Source: Rhizomicrobium sp. (GTDB lineage: Bacteria > Pseudomonadota > Alphaproteobacteria > Micropepsales > Micropepsaceae). From it: DNA of 64,000 nucleotides. The notes below the pieces were generated by a model, which made no database searches, was not told the DNA's origin, and saw nothing but the letters and a program-made list of their open reading frames with translations. The position numbers and the translations under genes are program-made. Within the stretch, counting starts at the first letter, position 1, and the number at the start of each line of letters is the position of its first letter. Below are positions 9,105 through 18,655 of the stretch, one piece after another. The DNA is taken from contig JBBCHM010000002.1 of the NCBI GenBank assembly GCA_037200045.1, positions 669,241 through 733,240 on the forward strand. Reading direction: 5' to 3'.

Positions 9105-10451
9105 ATGAGCAGTTCGCGGCAGTTGAAGCTTGGCGCCTTCATGCGACCCGTCGGGATCCACACCGCCTGGTGGCTCTATCCGGGCGCCTATCCGGACGCC
9201 AATTTCAACCTGAAGCATCTGGTGCGGTTCACGCAGAAGCTGGAACAGGGCAAATTCGACGCCTTCTTCATGGCCGATCACCTGGCGGTGCTGAACATGC
9301 CGATGTCGGCGCTGAAGCGTAGCGCCACGGTGACCTCGTTCGATCCGCTGACCCTGTTGCCGGCGCTGGCAATGGTGACGGAGCGCATCGGCCTCGTCGC
9401 CACCGCGTCGACGACCTATAACGAGCCCTATCACGTCGCGCGCAAATTCGCCTCGCTCGACCACATCAGCGGCGGGCGCGCGGGATGGAACCTCGTCACC
9501 TCCGGCAACCCGACGGAGGCGTGGAATTTCGGACGGGAGGAGCATTGGGAGCACGACACCCGCTATCGCCGGGCGCGCGAGTTCTTCGATGTCGTGACCG
9601 GGCTATGGGATAGCTGGGCGGACGACGCCTTCATCCGCGACACCGAGAACGCGGTCTATTTCGATCCCGACAAGCTGCACGTCCTCGACCACAAGGGCGA
9701 GTTCCTGAAGGTGCGTGGTCCGCTCAACGTCGCCCGGCCGATCCAGGGCTGGCCAGTGATCGTGCAGGCCGGTGCGTCGGAGGCCGGCAAGCAGATCGCC
9801 GCCGAAACCGCCGAAGTGATCTTCGCCGCCGGCGGAAGGCTGGCCGACGCACAGCGCTTCTATGCCGATGTGAAAGGCCGCCTCGACAGGCTCGGCCGGC
9901 CGCGCGACCATTTGAAAGTTCTGCCGGGCGCGCTGGTTGTTGTCGGAGATTCGGATGCGGAGGCGCGACGCAAGCAGGAATTGCTGGACAGCCTCGTCCA
10001 TCCGGACAGCGGCTTGCCGAACCTGTCGATGCGGCTGGGGACGGACGTCTCCGGTTTCGACCTTGACGGGCCGTTGCCGACGGACCTCCCCGAGACCAAT
10101 GCCAGCCAGAGCGGTCGCCAGGCGCTGATCGACCGCGCGCGGCGGGACAACCTGACCATCCGCCAGCTGGCGCGGATCGTCGGCGCCTATGGCGGGCTTG
10201 CCTTCGTCGGCACGGCGAAGACAATCGCCGACAAGATGGAAGAGTGGCTTTTCAGCGACGCCTGCGACGGGTTCAACATCATGTTCCCCACCGTGCCGCA
10301 GGGCCTGGACGAGTTCGTGGACCAGGTCGTGCCGGAGCTTCAGCGCCGCGGCATCTTCCGGCGCGAATATGAAGGCACCACGCTGCGCGAGAATCTGGGC
10401 TTGCCCCGGCCGGAGAACCGTTTCTTCGCCAAGACGGCCGCCCCGGCGTGA
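9105..10451 (+). CDS. LLM-class flavin-dependent monooxygenase (NtaA/DmoA/SoxA family)
   Basis: KFDAFFMAD, FDPLTLL, TASTTYNEPYHVARKFASLDHISGGRAGWNLVTS, QAGAS motifs; start MSSSRQLKLG at 9105. Confidence 0.92.
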   Translation: MSSSRQLKLGAFMRPVGIHTAWWLYPGAYPDANFNLKHLVRFTQKLEQGKFDAFFMADHLAVLNMPMSALKRSATVTSFDPLTLLPALAMVTERIGLVATASTTYNEPYHVARKFASLDHISGGRAGWNLVTSGNPTEAWNFGREEHWEHDTRYRRAREFFDVVTGLWDSWADDAFIRDTENAVYFDPDKLHVLDHKGEFLKVRGPLNVARPIQGWPVIVQAGASEAGKQIAAETAEVIFAAGGRLADAQRFYADVKGRLDRLGRPRDHLKVLPGALVVVGDSDAEARRKQELLDSLVHPDSGLPNLSMRLGTDVSGFDLDGPLPTDLPETNASQSGRQALIDRARRDNLTIRQLARIVGAYGGLAFVGTAKTIADKMEEWLFSDACDGFNIMFPTVPQGLDEFVDQVVPELQRRGIFRREYEGTTLRENLGLPRPENRFFAKTAAPA

Positions 10452-11545
10452 CGGCCGGCGGGGACGGCCTGACGCGGCGCGCATGGCTCGGTGCGGTGGC
10501 GGCCGGGAGCGTGGCGCTGTCGAGCGCGGTCGAAGCCGCGCCGCCGGTGCATGCGCGCCTGTCGTTGAACGAGAACCCGTTCGGCCCATCGCCGCTCGCG
10601 CGCCGCGCGATCCTGAAGCAGCTTGACGAGGCCGACCGCTATGTCGGCGGCGAGGCGCGCGCCCTGGAAGAACAGATCGCGGCGATCGAAGGGGTGTCCG
10701 CCGACCAGATCATCCTAGGCGAAATCCTCGACGCGCTGGGCCTGCAGCTCGCGCTGGACGGCGGTCCCGGCGGTGAGTTCGTCTATTCCGAGCCCGGCTA
10801 TACCGCGCTGGTCGATGCCGTGGCGCCAGGCGGCGGCGCGGTCGTCGGCGTGCCGCTGAACGATCGGCTGGAGAACGACCTGCCCGCCGTCGCGGCGCGC
10901 ATAACGCCGCGGACGCGCGCGATCTATCTCGTCAATCCGCACAATCCGAGCGGCACGGTCAGCGAGACCGCCGCGTTCAAGGCTTTCCTGCGCGCGGCCG
11001 CCGCGAAGACGACGGTCATCGTGGACGAAGCCTATCTCGAATTCGAGCCGGACTTCGCGGAGCGCACCGCCGTCACGCTGACGCGCGGGGGCGCGAATGT
11101 GATGGTCTTCCGCACCTTCGCGAAAATCTATGGCCTGGCGGGGTTGTCCATCGGCTATGCCGTAGCGCCGAAACCGCTCGCGGCTTCGCTGAAGAAGAAA
11201 GGGCTCGGCGCGCCGCACGAACTTAATCGTCTCGCGCTGGCGGCGGCGTCGGCCAGCCTGCGCGATAGCGGCTGTATCCCCGCGATTCGCGCCAAAGTGG
11301 TGGCCGAGCGCCAGGCCTGGAATACGCTGCTCGACGGCCTGGGTGTCCGCCGCAGCGACTCGCGCGGCAATTTCGTCTTCTTCGAGACGCGCCAGCCCCA
11401 TGAGACCTTTGCCGCCGCCCTGCTGGCCGAGGGCATCGAGATCGCCCGGGCCTTCCCGCCGCTCGACCGCTGGGCCCGCATTTCCATCGGCCTGCCCGAC
11501 GAGAACGCGCGCGCCCGTGCCGCAGTGCGCAAGCTGCTCGGCTGA
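10448..11545 (+). CDS. HisC-like PLP aminotransferase with twin-arginine signal peptide
   Basis: LSLNENPFGPSP, NPHNPSG, VDEAY, RTFAKIYGLAG; N-terminal LTRRAWLG + hydrophobic stretch + VEA; GTGA overlap with the LLM stop. Confidence 0.88.
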   Translation: MTAGGDGLTRRAWLGAVAAGSVALSSAVEAAPPVHARLSLNENPFGPSPLARRAILKQLDEADRYVGGEARALEEQIAAIEGVSADQIILGEILDALGLQLALDGGPGGEFVYSEPGYTALVDAVAPGGGAVVGVPLNDRLENDLPAVAARITPRTRAIYLVNPHNPSGTVSETAAFKAFLRAAAAKTTVIVDEAYLEFEPDFAERTAVTLTRGGANVMVFRTFAKIYGLAGLSIGYAVAPKPLAASLKKKGLGAPHELNRLALAAASASLRDSGCIPAIRAKVVAERQAWNTLLDGLGVRRSDSRGNFVFFETRQPHETFAAALLAEGIEIARAFPPLDRWARISIGLPDENARARAAVRKLLG

Positions 11546-11558
11546 GCAGTTGACTGGA

Positions 11559-11583
11559 CATACTCTATCATTCTGATAGAATA
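11559..11583. promoter_or_regulatory. Putative sulfur-regulon operator, site 3 (inverted repeat TCTATCA-TTC-TGATAGA)
   Basis: Perfect 7-3-7 inverted repeat at 11564-11580 in the AT-rich gap before cysE. Confidence 0.65.
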
Positions 11584-11644
11584 TCAGTAGATGTTGCTGA
11601 GGGCCGCGCCGCGGCCGGCGATGCCGGCCCGCGGACATCACGTC

Positions 11645-12604
11645 ATGAGAGATTCTTCGAAAGTCGCGCTTCGCGAGGAACCCTCCGGATCGTCCGGCGG
11701 CGCCCCGGGCGCGGACGGCGCGGCGAGCCCGCTGAATCTGGACACCGTCGTGGCCGAGCTGCGCCGATCGCGCGAGGTGACGCACAATATTCGCGAGGGC
11801 GGCATCGCCCGTCGGCTTCCGTCCAGCACGGCCATTGCCGGGATCGTCGAAGGACTGTCGGCCGCCCTCTTTCCCACTCATTACGGCCAGCCGGAGCTGA
11901 GCGGCGAGCGGATCGACGGGTTCGTCCGCGGCATGCTGGAAGACACGCTGGTGGCGCTGGAAGAACAGATCCGCCGCGCCCTTCCGCTCGGCGGCGACAC
12001 GGCGGAGCGCGACGCCGCAGATCGCGTGGCGCGCGACATTACGACCGCTTTCGCGGCACGGCTTCCTGCGATCCGCGCCCTGCTCGTGGCCGATCTGCAA
12101 GCGGCCTATGAGGGCGATCCCGCCGCGACGACGGTGACCGAAATCCTGCTCGGCTATCCCGGCATGGTGGCCGTCATCCATTACCGACTGGCGCGCGCGC
12201 TGCATCTACTTGGCGCGACGCTGATCGCCCGGCTGATTTCCAACATCGCCCATTCGCGGACCGGCATCGACATCCATCCGGGCGCCGAGCTCGGCACGAG
12301 CTTCTTCATCGATCACGGCACCGGCGTGGTGATCGGCGAAACCGCCGTCATCGGCGACCGCGTGCGGCTCTACCAGGCCGTGACGCTGGGCGCCAAGCGG
12401 TTTCCCGTCGATCGCGACGGCATTCTGGTGAAGGGCATCGCGCGCCATCCGATCGTGGAAGACGACGTCGTGATCTATGCCGGCGCCACGATCCTTGGCC
12501 GCATCACCATCGGTCGCGGCTCGACCATCGGCGGCAATGTCTGGCTGACGCAAAGCGTGCCGCCGGGAAGCAACATCACACAGGCGCAGACCCGCGATGC
12601 TTGA
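11645..12604 (+). CDS. cysE: Serine O-acetyltransferase (EpsC/SrpH-type)
   Basis: AAYEGDPAA, YPGMVAVIHYRLA, TGIDIHPGA, IDHGTGVVIGETAVIG, YQAVTLGA, RHP hexapeptide region; start 11645 preferred. Confidence 0.9.
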   Translation: MRDSSKVALREEPSGSSGGAPGADGAASPLNLDTVVAELRRSREVTHNIREGGIARRLPSSTAIAGIVEGLSAALFPTHYGQPELSGERIDGFVRGMLEDTLVALEEQIRRALPLGGDTAERDAADRVARDITTAFAARLPAIRALLVADLQAAYEGDPAATTVTEILLGYPGMVAVIHYRLARALHLLGATLIARLISNIAHSRTGIDIHPGAELGTSFFIDHGTGVVIGETAVIGDRVRLYQAVTLGAKRFPVDRDGILVKGIARHPIVEDDVVIYAGATILGRITIGRGSTIGGNVWLTQSVPPGSNITQAQTRDA

Positions 12605-13571
12605 GACCCTGTCCCGTCGCGGCCTGCTTCACGGCGGCGCGGCGCTTGCGCTGACGGCCGTGCCGCTCGCCAGCTGCGGCCGGAACACCGCCGCGCGGGC
12701 CGACACCGTCCGCATCGGGTACCAGAAGGACGGCGTACTCGTCATCGCCAAGCAGCAGAAGCGGCTGGAGCAACACCTCGCCGCGTCGGGGATCGGCAAG
12801 GTCGAATGGGCCGAATTTCCGTCCGGTCCGCCGCTTCTCGAGGCGCTCGCGGCCGGCGGCATCGATTTTGGCGCGACCGGCGACACGCCGCCGATCTTCG
12901 CCCAGGCGTCCGGCACCGACCTCGTCTACGTCGCCGCCGTCCCCGTGCGGGGTCGGAGTTCGGCGATCCTGCTTCCACCCAGCTCGAAAATCTCCCGCAT
13001 CGCGGATTTGAAGGGCGGCAGAGTCGCCTTCACGCGTGGTTCCAGCGCGCATTACTTCGCCGTCTCGGCGCTGCATTCGGCGGGCCTGACTCTGTCCGAC
13101 GTTACGCCGATCTATCTTGCGCCGTCCGATGCAAGGGCGGCCTTCGTGCGCGGCAGTCTCGATGCCTGGTTTATCTGGGACCCCTATTATGCCGATGCGG
13201 AGCGCAACGCCGGCGCGCGGGTCCTATCGAACGCCGAGCCCTTCGTCCACAGCGCCTCGTTCTTCCTGGCGTCAAGGGCCTTCGCCGAACGCAATCCCGG
13301 CGTGGTCCGCGCCATCCTTGACGAGCTGTGCACGGTCGGACAATGGATCGCCGCCAATCGGGCCGCAGCCAGCGAACTGGTCTCGAAGATCAATGGCCTC
13401 GACCTCGCAATCGTCAGCGCGGCGTTCGCGCGGGCGGATTTCGGGATCGTGCCGCTCGACGCCGGAATCATCGCCCGCCAGCAGGACGTGGCGGACGATT
13501 TCGCCCGCCTGGGCATTATTCCACATCCCGTGAAGGTGGCCGACGCCGTGGCGCATCTCGACTGGAAATGA
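12597..13571 (+). CDS. ssuA: Aliphatic sulfonate ABC substrate-binding protein
   Basis: [44 protein letters not shown]; SRR Tat motif and LASC lipobox. Confidence 0.88.
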   Translation: MLETLSRRGLLHGGAALALTAVPLASCGRNTAARADTVRIGYQKDGVLVIAKQQKRLEQHLAASGIGKVEWAEFPSGPPLLEALAAGGIDFGATGDTPPIFAQASGTDLVYVAAVPVRGRSSAILLPPSSKISRIADLKGGRVAFTRGSSAHYFAVSALHSAGLTLSDVTPIYLAPSDARAAFVRGSLDAWFIWDPYYADAERNAGARVLSNAEPFVHSASFFLASRAFAERNPGVVRAILDELCTVGQWIAANRAAASELVSKINGLDLAIVSAAFARADFGIVPLDAGIIARQQDVADDFARLGIIPHPVKVADAVAHLDWK

Positions 13572-13596
13572 ACCTCTCATCGAAAGCGAACATCCC

Positions 13597-14730
13597 ATGA
13601 CCCAAGACAAGAAACTCAATTTCTTCTGGTTCCTGCCGAGCGCCGGCGACGGCAGCTATCTCGGCTCCGAGGAACTGCGCCGGCCGGCGGATTTCGGCTA
13701 TATGCGCGACATCGCGCTGGCCGCCGACCGCCTGGGTTATGGCGGCGTGCTGCTTCCGACCGGCCATGGCTGCTTCGACGGCTGGACGCTGGCGTCGGCG
13801 CTGGCGCCGCTCACCGAACGGCTCAAATTCCTCGTCGCCCTGCGGCCCGGAATCCTGACGCCGGCGCTCGCCGCAAGGCAGGCCGCCGCGCTGGACCAGA
13901 TTTCCGACGGAAGGCTGCTGCTCAATGTGGTGACCGGCGGCAATCCGACGGAGCTTGCTTATGACGGCCTGTTCCTCGGGCATGACGAGCGCTATGAGCA
14001 GACCGCCGAGTTTCTCACGCTCTGGCGGCGCATCATGGCGGGCGCCCCGATCGATTTCCACGGCAAATACCTTTCGGCGAAGGGCGGCACGCCGCTCGTC
14101 TTCCCGCCGGTGCAGAGGCCGTATCCGCCGATCTATTTCGGCGGCTCATCGCCCGCCGGTGTCGCGGTCGCGGCCGAGCATGCCGATCTCTATCTCACCT
14201 GGGGCGAACCGCCCGCGCAGGTCGCGGAGAAATTCAAGGAAGTGCGCGAGGCCGCGGCAAGGGCCGGCCGCAAAATCCGCTTCGGCATCCGCTTGCACTT
14301 CGTGGTGCGCGAAACCGAAGCCGAAGCCTGGGACACGGCCAATCGCCTCATCAGCCGGCTAACGCCCGAGATCATCGCGACCGCGCAGGCGCGCATCGCC
14401 AAGCGCGTCGAGCAATCGGAAGGCCAGCGCCGCATGGTGGAACTGCACGGCGGCGGCAAGACGGACAAGCTGGAGATCAGTCCCAATCTGTGGGCCGGCA
14501 TCGGGCTGGTGCGCGAAGGCGCGGCGACGGCGCTGGTCGGCGATCCGAAGACGGTCGCCGAACGCCTCCGCGAATACCAGGCCCTGGGCGTCGATACGGT
14601 GATCGGATCGGCCTATCCGCATCTGGAGGAAGCCTATCGCGTCGCGGAGCTGTTGTTTCCGGCCCTCGGTCTTGGCGCCGGTGCCTCCACCATATTCTCA
14701 AGCGATACCAGGGCGCGCGCGGCGGGTTGA
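13597..14730 (+). CDS. ssuD: FMNH2-dependent alkanesulfonate monooxygenase
   Basis: [67 protein letters not shown]. Confidence 0.9.
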   Translation: MTQDKKLNFFWFLPSAGDGSYLGSEELRRPADFGYMRDIALAADRLGYGGVLLPTGHGCFDGWTLASALAPLTERLKFLVALRPGILTPALAARQAAALDQISDGRLLLNVVTGGNPTELAYDGLFLGHDERYEQTAEFLTLWRRIMAGAPIDFHGKYLSAKGGTPLVFPPVQRPYPPIYFGGSSPAGVAVAAEHADLYLTWGEPPAQVAEKFKEVREAAARAGRKIRFGIRLHFVVRETEAEAWDTANRLISRLTPEIIATAQARIAKRVEQSEGQRRMVELHGGGKTDKLEISPNLWAGIGLVREGAATALVGDPKTVAERLREYQALGVDTVIGSAYPHLEEAYRVAELLFPALGLGAGASTIFSSDTRARAAG

Positions 14731-14737
14731 GAGGCAC

Positions 14738-15523
14738 CTAGCGCGGTGCCACCATGACCTGCACGATTCCGCCGGCGGATATGACGGAACAGTCGACGCG
14801 CCACACCCGCGCGATCCGTTCGGTGGTCAGCACGTCCTGCGGCGCGCCTTCCGCCTCGACGCGGCTATGCGCCAGCACGATCAACCGGTCGGCATAGGCC
14901 GCGGCGAGATTGAGGTCGTGCAGGATCGCCAATACGCCGGCGCCTGCCCGCGCGATGTCGCGCGCCTTGGCGAGAATCGCGTGCTGGTGAAACAGATCGA
15001 GGCTCGATGTCGGCTCGTCGAGCAGCAGGAAACGAGCCCGGCCGTCGGTCAGCGGATCCCACAATTGTGCCAGCGTGCGCGCATAGTGCGTACGATGTAG
15101 TTCGCCGCCGGACAAGGTCCGGCAATCGCGCGCCGCGAACGCGGCCGTCTCGGTGGCAGCCATCGCACCATGCACCGCAGCGCGGTCGGCATCGCGGTTG
15201 GCGCGGCCGCGATGAGGATGACGGCCGAGCTCCACCACGTCCCAGGCGCGGAACGAGAAGGCGAGTTCGGGCGATTGCGGCAGGACGGCGCGCTGCAATG
15301 CGAGGTCCTCGGGCCGCCAGGACGACAAGGCCTTGCCGTTGAGCGTGACGTGTCCCGCTTCCGGCACGATGTCGCCGGAGAGGACTTTCAGAAGCGTCGA
15401 TTTGCCGGCGCCGTTGGGTCCGACGACGGCGGTCACCGTGCCCGGTGGCACCTCGATGGTGACACCGTCGAGAATGCGGCGTGCGCCGGCTCGCACGACA
15501 ATGTCCTGTCCGCGCAGGCTCAT
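14738..15523 (-). CDS. hmuV: Heme ABC transporter ATP-binding protein
   Basis: GPNGAGKST, LSGGE, LAQLW, LLLDEPTSSLD, LHDLNLAAAYAD. Confidence 0.92.
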   Translation of the reverse strand: MSLRGQDIVVRAGARRILDGVTIEVPPGTVTAVVGPNGAGKSTLLKVLSGDIVPEAGHVTLNGKALSSWRPEDLALQRAVLPQSPELAFSFRAWDVVELGRHPHRGRANRDADRAAVHGAMAATETAAFAARDCRTLSGGELHRTHYARTLAQLWDPLTDGRARFLLLDEPTSSLDLFHQHAILAKARDIARAGAGVLAILHDLNLAAAYADRLIVLAHSRVEAEGAPQDVLTTERIARVWRVDCSVISAGGIVQVMVAPR

Positions 15524-16602
15524 GGCGCGGCCTCGCCCAGGCGGCGGCGCAACAGCCAGATGAAGAACGGCGCGCCGAGCGCGCTGGTCACGACGCCGAT
15601 GGGAAGCTCGGCCGGCATGACGAGCAGCCGCGCCGCGACGTCGGCGAGCACGACCAGCAAAGCGCCCAGCAAAGCCGAACCGGGCAGGACGAAGCGATGC
15701 GCCGAGCCGCCCATCAGGCGCAGCAGATGCGGCGCCGCCAGGCCGACGAAGCCGACGATGCCGGTCAGCGCCACGCCGGCACCCACGCCCAGCGCCGTCA
15801 ACAGGATGGTGACGCGGCGGATGGTTTCGACGGATAGACCGAGATGGCCGGCGGCGCTTTCGCCCAGTGCCAGCACGTCATAGCTGCGCAGCAACGGCCC
15901 GAACGCGGCGAGTGCCGCCGCCATCAGGAGCAGCACCGGCCAGATCTGATCCCAGGTCGCGCCGCCGAGGCCGCCCAGGAGCCAGAACGTCAGGGCGCGC
16001 AATTGGGCGTCGCTGCCCAGATAGGTCAGATAGCCGACGATCGCGGTTGTCAGCGCGTTCACGGCAAGGCCCGCGAGCAGCAAGGTCGCTACATCCGTGC
16101 GAGAACGCGAACGGCCGATCGCATAGACCAGGGCCGTCGCCAGAAGCGCGGTGGCAAAGGCCGCCATGGGCAGCGCAAAGGCGCCGTGCATCCATAGCGG
16201 CGCGCTGGCGCCCAGGACGATCCAGCCGACCGCGCCGCAGGCCGCGCCGCCCGACACGCCGATCAGGCCGGGATCGGCCAGCGGATTGCGGAACAGCGCC
16301 TGCAGCGCGGCGCCCGAGACTCCGAGCGTCGCACCGACGCCGAGGCCGAGCGCGACACGCGGCAGGCGGATACTAAAGAGTGCGGCGTTTTCGACGGACG
16401 AGACCGGTATTCCGATGTCGATCCCAAGACGGCCAAGCAGCGCGGCCACGACATGGGAGAAGGGAATCGACAGCGCGCCGACCGTGGCGGCGAGCAGGCA
16501 GGCCGCCGCCAGCGCGCCCGCCAGTCCCGCCAATATAATGTGTCGGCGCAACCGCAGCGGATCACGGACCGGATCGAAAGTACTTTCCGCGACAACCGCC
16601 AT
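15520..16602 (-). CDS. hmuU: Heme ABC transporter permease (FecCD family)
   Basis: IRLPRV, LFRNPLADPGLIG, FWLLGGLG, ELPIGVVTSALGAPFF. Confidence 0.92.
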   Translation of the reverse strand: MAVVAESTFDPVRDPLRLRRHIILAGLAGALAAACLLAATVGALSIPFSHVVAALLGRLGIDIGIPVSSVENAALFSIRLPRVALGLGVGATLGVSGAALQALFRNPLADPGLIGVSGGAACGAVGWIVLGASAPLWMHGAFALPMAAFATALLATALVYAIGRSRSRTDVATLLLAGLAVNALTTAIVGYLTYLGSDAQLRALTFWLLGGLGGATWDQIWPVLLLMAAALAAFGPLLRSYDVLALGESAAGHLGLSVETIRRVTILLTALGVGAGVALTGIVGFVGLAAPHLLRLMGGSAHRFVLPGSALLGALLVVLADVAARLLVMPAELPIGVVTSALGAPFFIWLLRRRLGEAAP

Positions 16603-16607
16603 GGCGA

Positions 16608-17465
16608 TCAGTGCAGCGTCGCGATTGCAGGCGCGTGCAGCGCCGCCGCCAACGCCGCAAGCGCATCGGGCGTGCGCGGCCCAAAGCCCAGCAACAGCAG
16701 CGCATCCATCGCGACGATGCGTCCCGACTGGCCGGCGGGCGTCATCGCGATCTCCGGGCGGGCGCGCAGCGACTCGATGCCGCCCAGCATGCGCACGGCG
16801 TGATCGGCGACGATGATGACATCGGGCTTGAGGTCGATGGCCGCTTCCGGCGTGAGCGGCTTATAGCCGCTGAAGCCGGAAGCGACATTCTGCGCCCCCG
16901 CGAGCGTCAGCATCACATCGGCCGCGGTGTCGCGGCCGGCCGCCATGGCGCCACCGGGCCCCTGCGCCATCAGGAAGACCGCGCGCGGATGGTCGCGGAA
17001 AGCCGCGAGCCGGACCTTCACGCCGGCAAGCGCGGTTCGATATCTGTCTTGCAAAGCTTTGCCGCGGTCTGCGACGCCCAGCGCCTCGGCGATAATCGCG
17101 ATCTTCGCCGGCACGGCGTCCGCGCTATGGGCGTTCGGCACATGGACGATTGGGATGCCCGTGGTGCCGAGTTGCGTCATCGCCGCCGGCGGCCCCGCAT
17201 CCTCCGACGCGAGAATGAGATCAGGCTTGCAGGAGAGCACGCCCTCGGCCGCGAGCGTGCGCAGGTAACCGACCTGCGGCAGCTTGGTGGCCGCCGCCGG
17301 ATAGAGCGAGGTCTGGTCGTCGCAGACGATGCGGCCCTGCTGCCCGAGCGCGAAGACGATCTCGGTCACGTCGCCACCCAGCGTCACGATGCGCCCGGCG
17401 GGCGCCGCCGAAGACGGCGCCGCCACGAGCCACAAAGCGGCCGCAAGGCCGATCGCACGCTTCAT
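16608..17465 (-). CDS. hmuT: Heme ABC transporter periplasmic binding protein
   Basis: Signal peptide; VTLGGDVTEIVFALG, DQTSLYP, QVGYLR (heme-ligand Tyr), GFGPRT; ATG 17465 overlaps the hmuS stop. Confidence 0.92.
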   Translation of the reverse strand: MKRAIGLAAALWLVAAPSSAAPAGRIVTLGGDVTEIVFALGQQGRIVCDDQTSLYPAAATKLPQVGYLRTLAAEGVLSCKPDLILASEDAGPPAAMTQLGTTGIPIVHVPNAHSADAVPAKIAIIAEALGVADRGKALQDRYRTALAGVKVRLAAFRDHPRAVFLMAQGPGGAMAAGRDTAADVMLTLAGAQNVASGFSGYKPLTPEAAIDLKPDVIIVADHAVRMLGGIESLRARPEIAMTPAGQSGRIVAMDALLLLGFGPRTPDALAALAAALHAPAIATLH

Positions 17466-18544
17466 GGAGATACCGGAATGGCGGAGAGGATCGCGCGCCA
17501 CGCTGCAAGTTCCGGCTTGCCGGGCTTGCGGGCCCCGAACAATTGCGTGAAGCAGAAGCCATCCTTGTCGAACAGTTCGAGCGAAGTGACATCGCCGTCC
17601 CGCGTCGGTTTGCGCACGACCCAGGCGGAGGCGATCGCGTCCTCGCGCAGATGCAGGTTGAAGGTCGGATCGAGCACGTTGAACCACGGCCCCATGCGCT
17701 TGAGATTGGTCACCGTGCCGGTATGGATCTGGATGCAGCCGGGATTGCCGACGAACACCATGATCGGCGTCGAAGTATCGTGCGCGGCTTCGAGGACGCG
17801 GGCGAGCGCATCGGGCACGACGGCCCGCGCAAACGAGGAGCCGGCGAGCCGCAAAGCCTGCAGGCGCCCGACTTCGAGGCCCCGCAGCATGCCGAAGAAC
17901 TCATGGGTGTCTTCCAGCGCCGACCATTCGCGGCGCAGGCGTTCGACATCGATCTCGGTATCGGCGCGGTCGCCTTTCGACGCCGGCACGTCCGCGATTT
18001 CGAGCACCGGCGACTGGTCCGCCGCCCGCCAGCTTTCGATCAGCCGGTCGAAGGCCGCGATGTCCGTTGCCGGCTTCTGATAGATCTTGTGAACCGCCGC
18101 GCCATCGGCATCGAAGATCTGCAGCGAGCGGCGCGGGCCGTCGTCGGTCTCATCGATCACCGCGAAGGTGTGGTGCCAGCGCGACGGGAAGATGCGCAGG
18201 TCGATCTGCTCGCCCAACACCAGCCCATGCATCGCATTGATGGTGACGTCCAGATAGGGACCGATCTTCTCGTGCACGCAATGCTCGTTGCGGGTCAGCG
18301 CCATCACCGGGCCGAGGGCGGGGATGTCCTTGACGATGTTCGCCCCGTCGGTGCGAAGACGCGTCGCGCTCGTGCCGACAAGGCTCGCGATCAACTCGCC
18401 TTCACTGACGCGCAGGCGCAGGGCGGCGTCACGCGAACGGAGTTTTCCGCCGGTCCGCTCGTTGAGCTCGTTCCAGGCACTGCGTAGGGTCGCCCCCCAC
18501 AGACGTTTGCCCTTCGTGGGTGCGGCAATTGCGGCGTCGCTCAT
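17462..18544 (-). CDS. hmuS: Hemin-degrading/trafficking factor HemS/ChuS/HmuS
   Basis: RSRDAALRLRVSEGEL, RNEHCVHEK, IDLRIF, DTHEFFGML, MVFVGNPGCIQIH; duplicated HemS domain. Confidence 0.93.
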   Translation of the reverse strand: MSDAAIAAPTKGKRLWGATLRSAWNELNERTGGKLRSRDAALRLRVSEGELIASLVGTSATRLRTDGANIVKDIPALGPVMALTRNEHCVHEKIGPYLDVTINAMHGLVLGEQIDLRIFPSRWHHTFAVIDETDDGPRRSLQIFDADGAAVHKIYQKPATDIAAFDRLIESWRAADQSPVLEIADVPASKGDRADTEIDVERLRREWSALEDTHEFFGMLRGLEVGRLQALRLAGSSFARAVVPDALARVLEAAHDTSTPIMVFVGNPGCIQIHTGTVTNLKRMGPWFNVLDPTFNLHLREDAIASAWVVRKPTRDGDVTSLELFDKDGFCFTQLFGARKPGKPELAAWRAILSAIPVSP

Positions 18545-18568
18545 TCGGTCCTCCGATAACGATCTGTA

Positions 18569-18629
18569 TTGCAATTGACTCGCAATTGCAAAAATGGTGC
18601 ATTGAGATTGCACCTGCGAGTCATTCGCA
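18569..18629. promoter_or_regulatory. Fur-alpha-type iron boxes in the hmuS/hmuR divergent promoter
   Basis: TGCGAGTCATTCGCA at 18615-18629 (TGCGA-N5-TCGCA) and TTGCAATTGACTCGCAA at 18569-18585; resemble the alphaproteobacterial Fur box as recalled. Confidence 0.65.
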
Positions 18630-18655
18630 GTCAAGCCAGATTGAGGGGCTCTTTA

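Noticed and set aside
14730-14738. Very tight tail-to-tail junctions (ssuD/hmuV; also fadR/dapA-like at 55722-55729)
   Set aside because: Common in compact genomes; no evidence of functional antisense overlap
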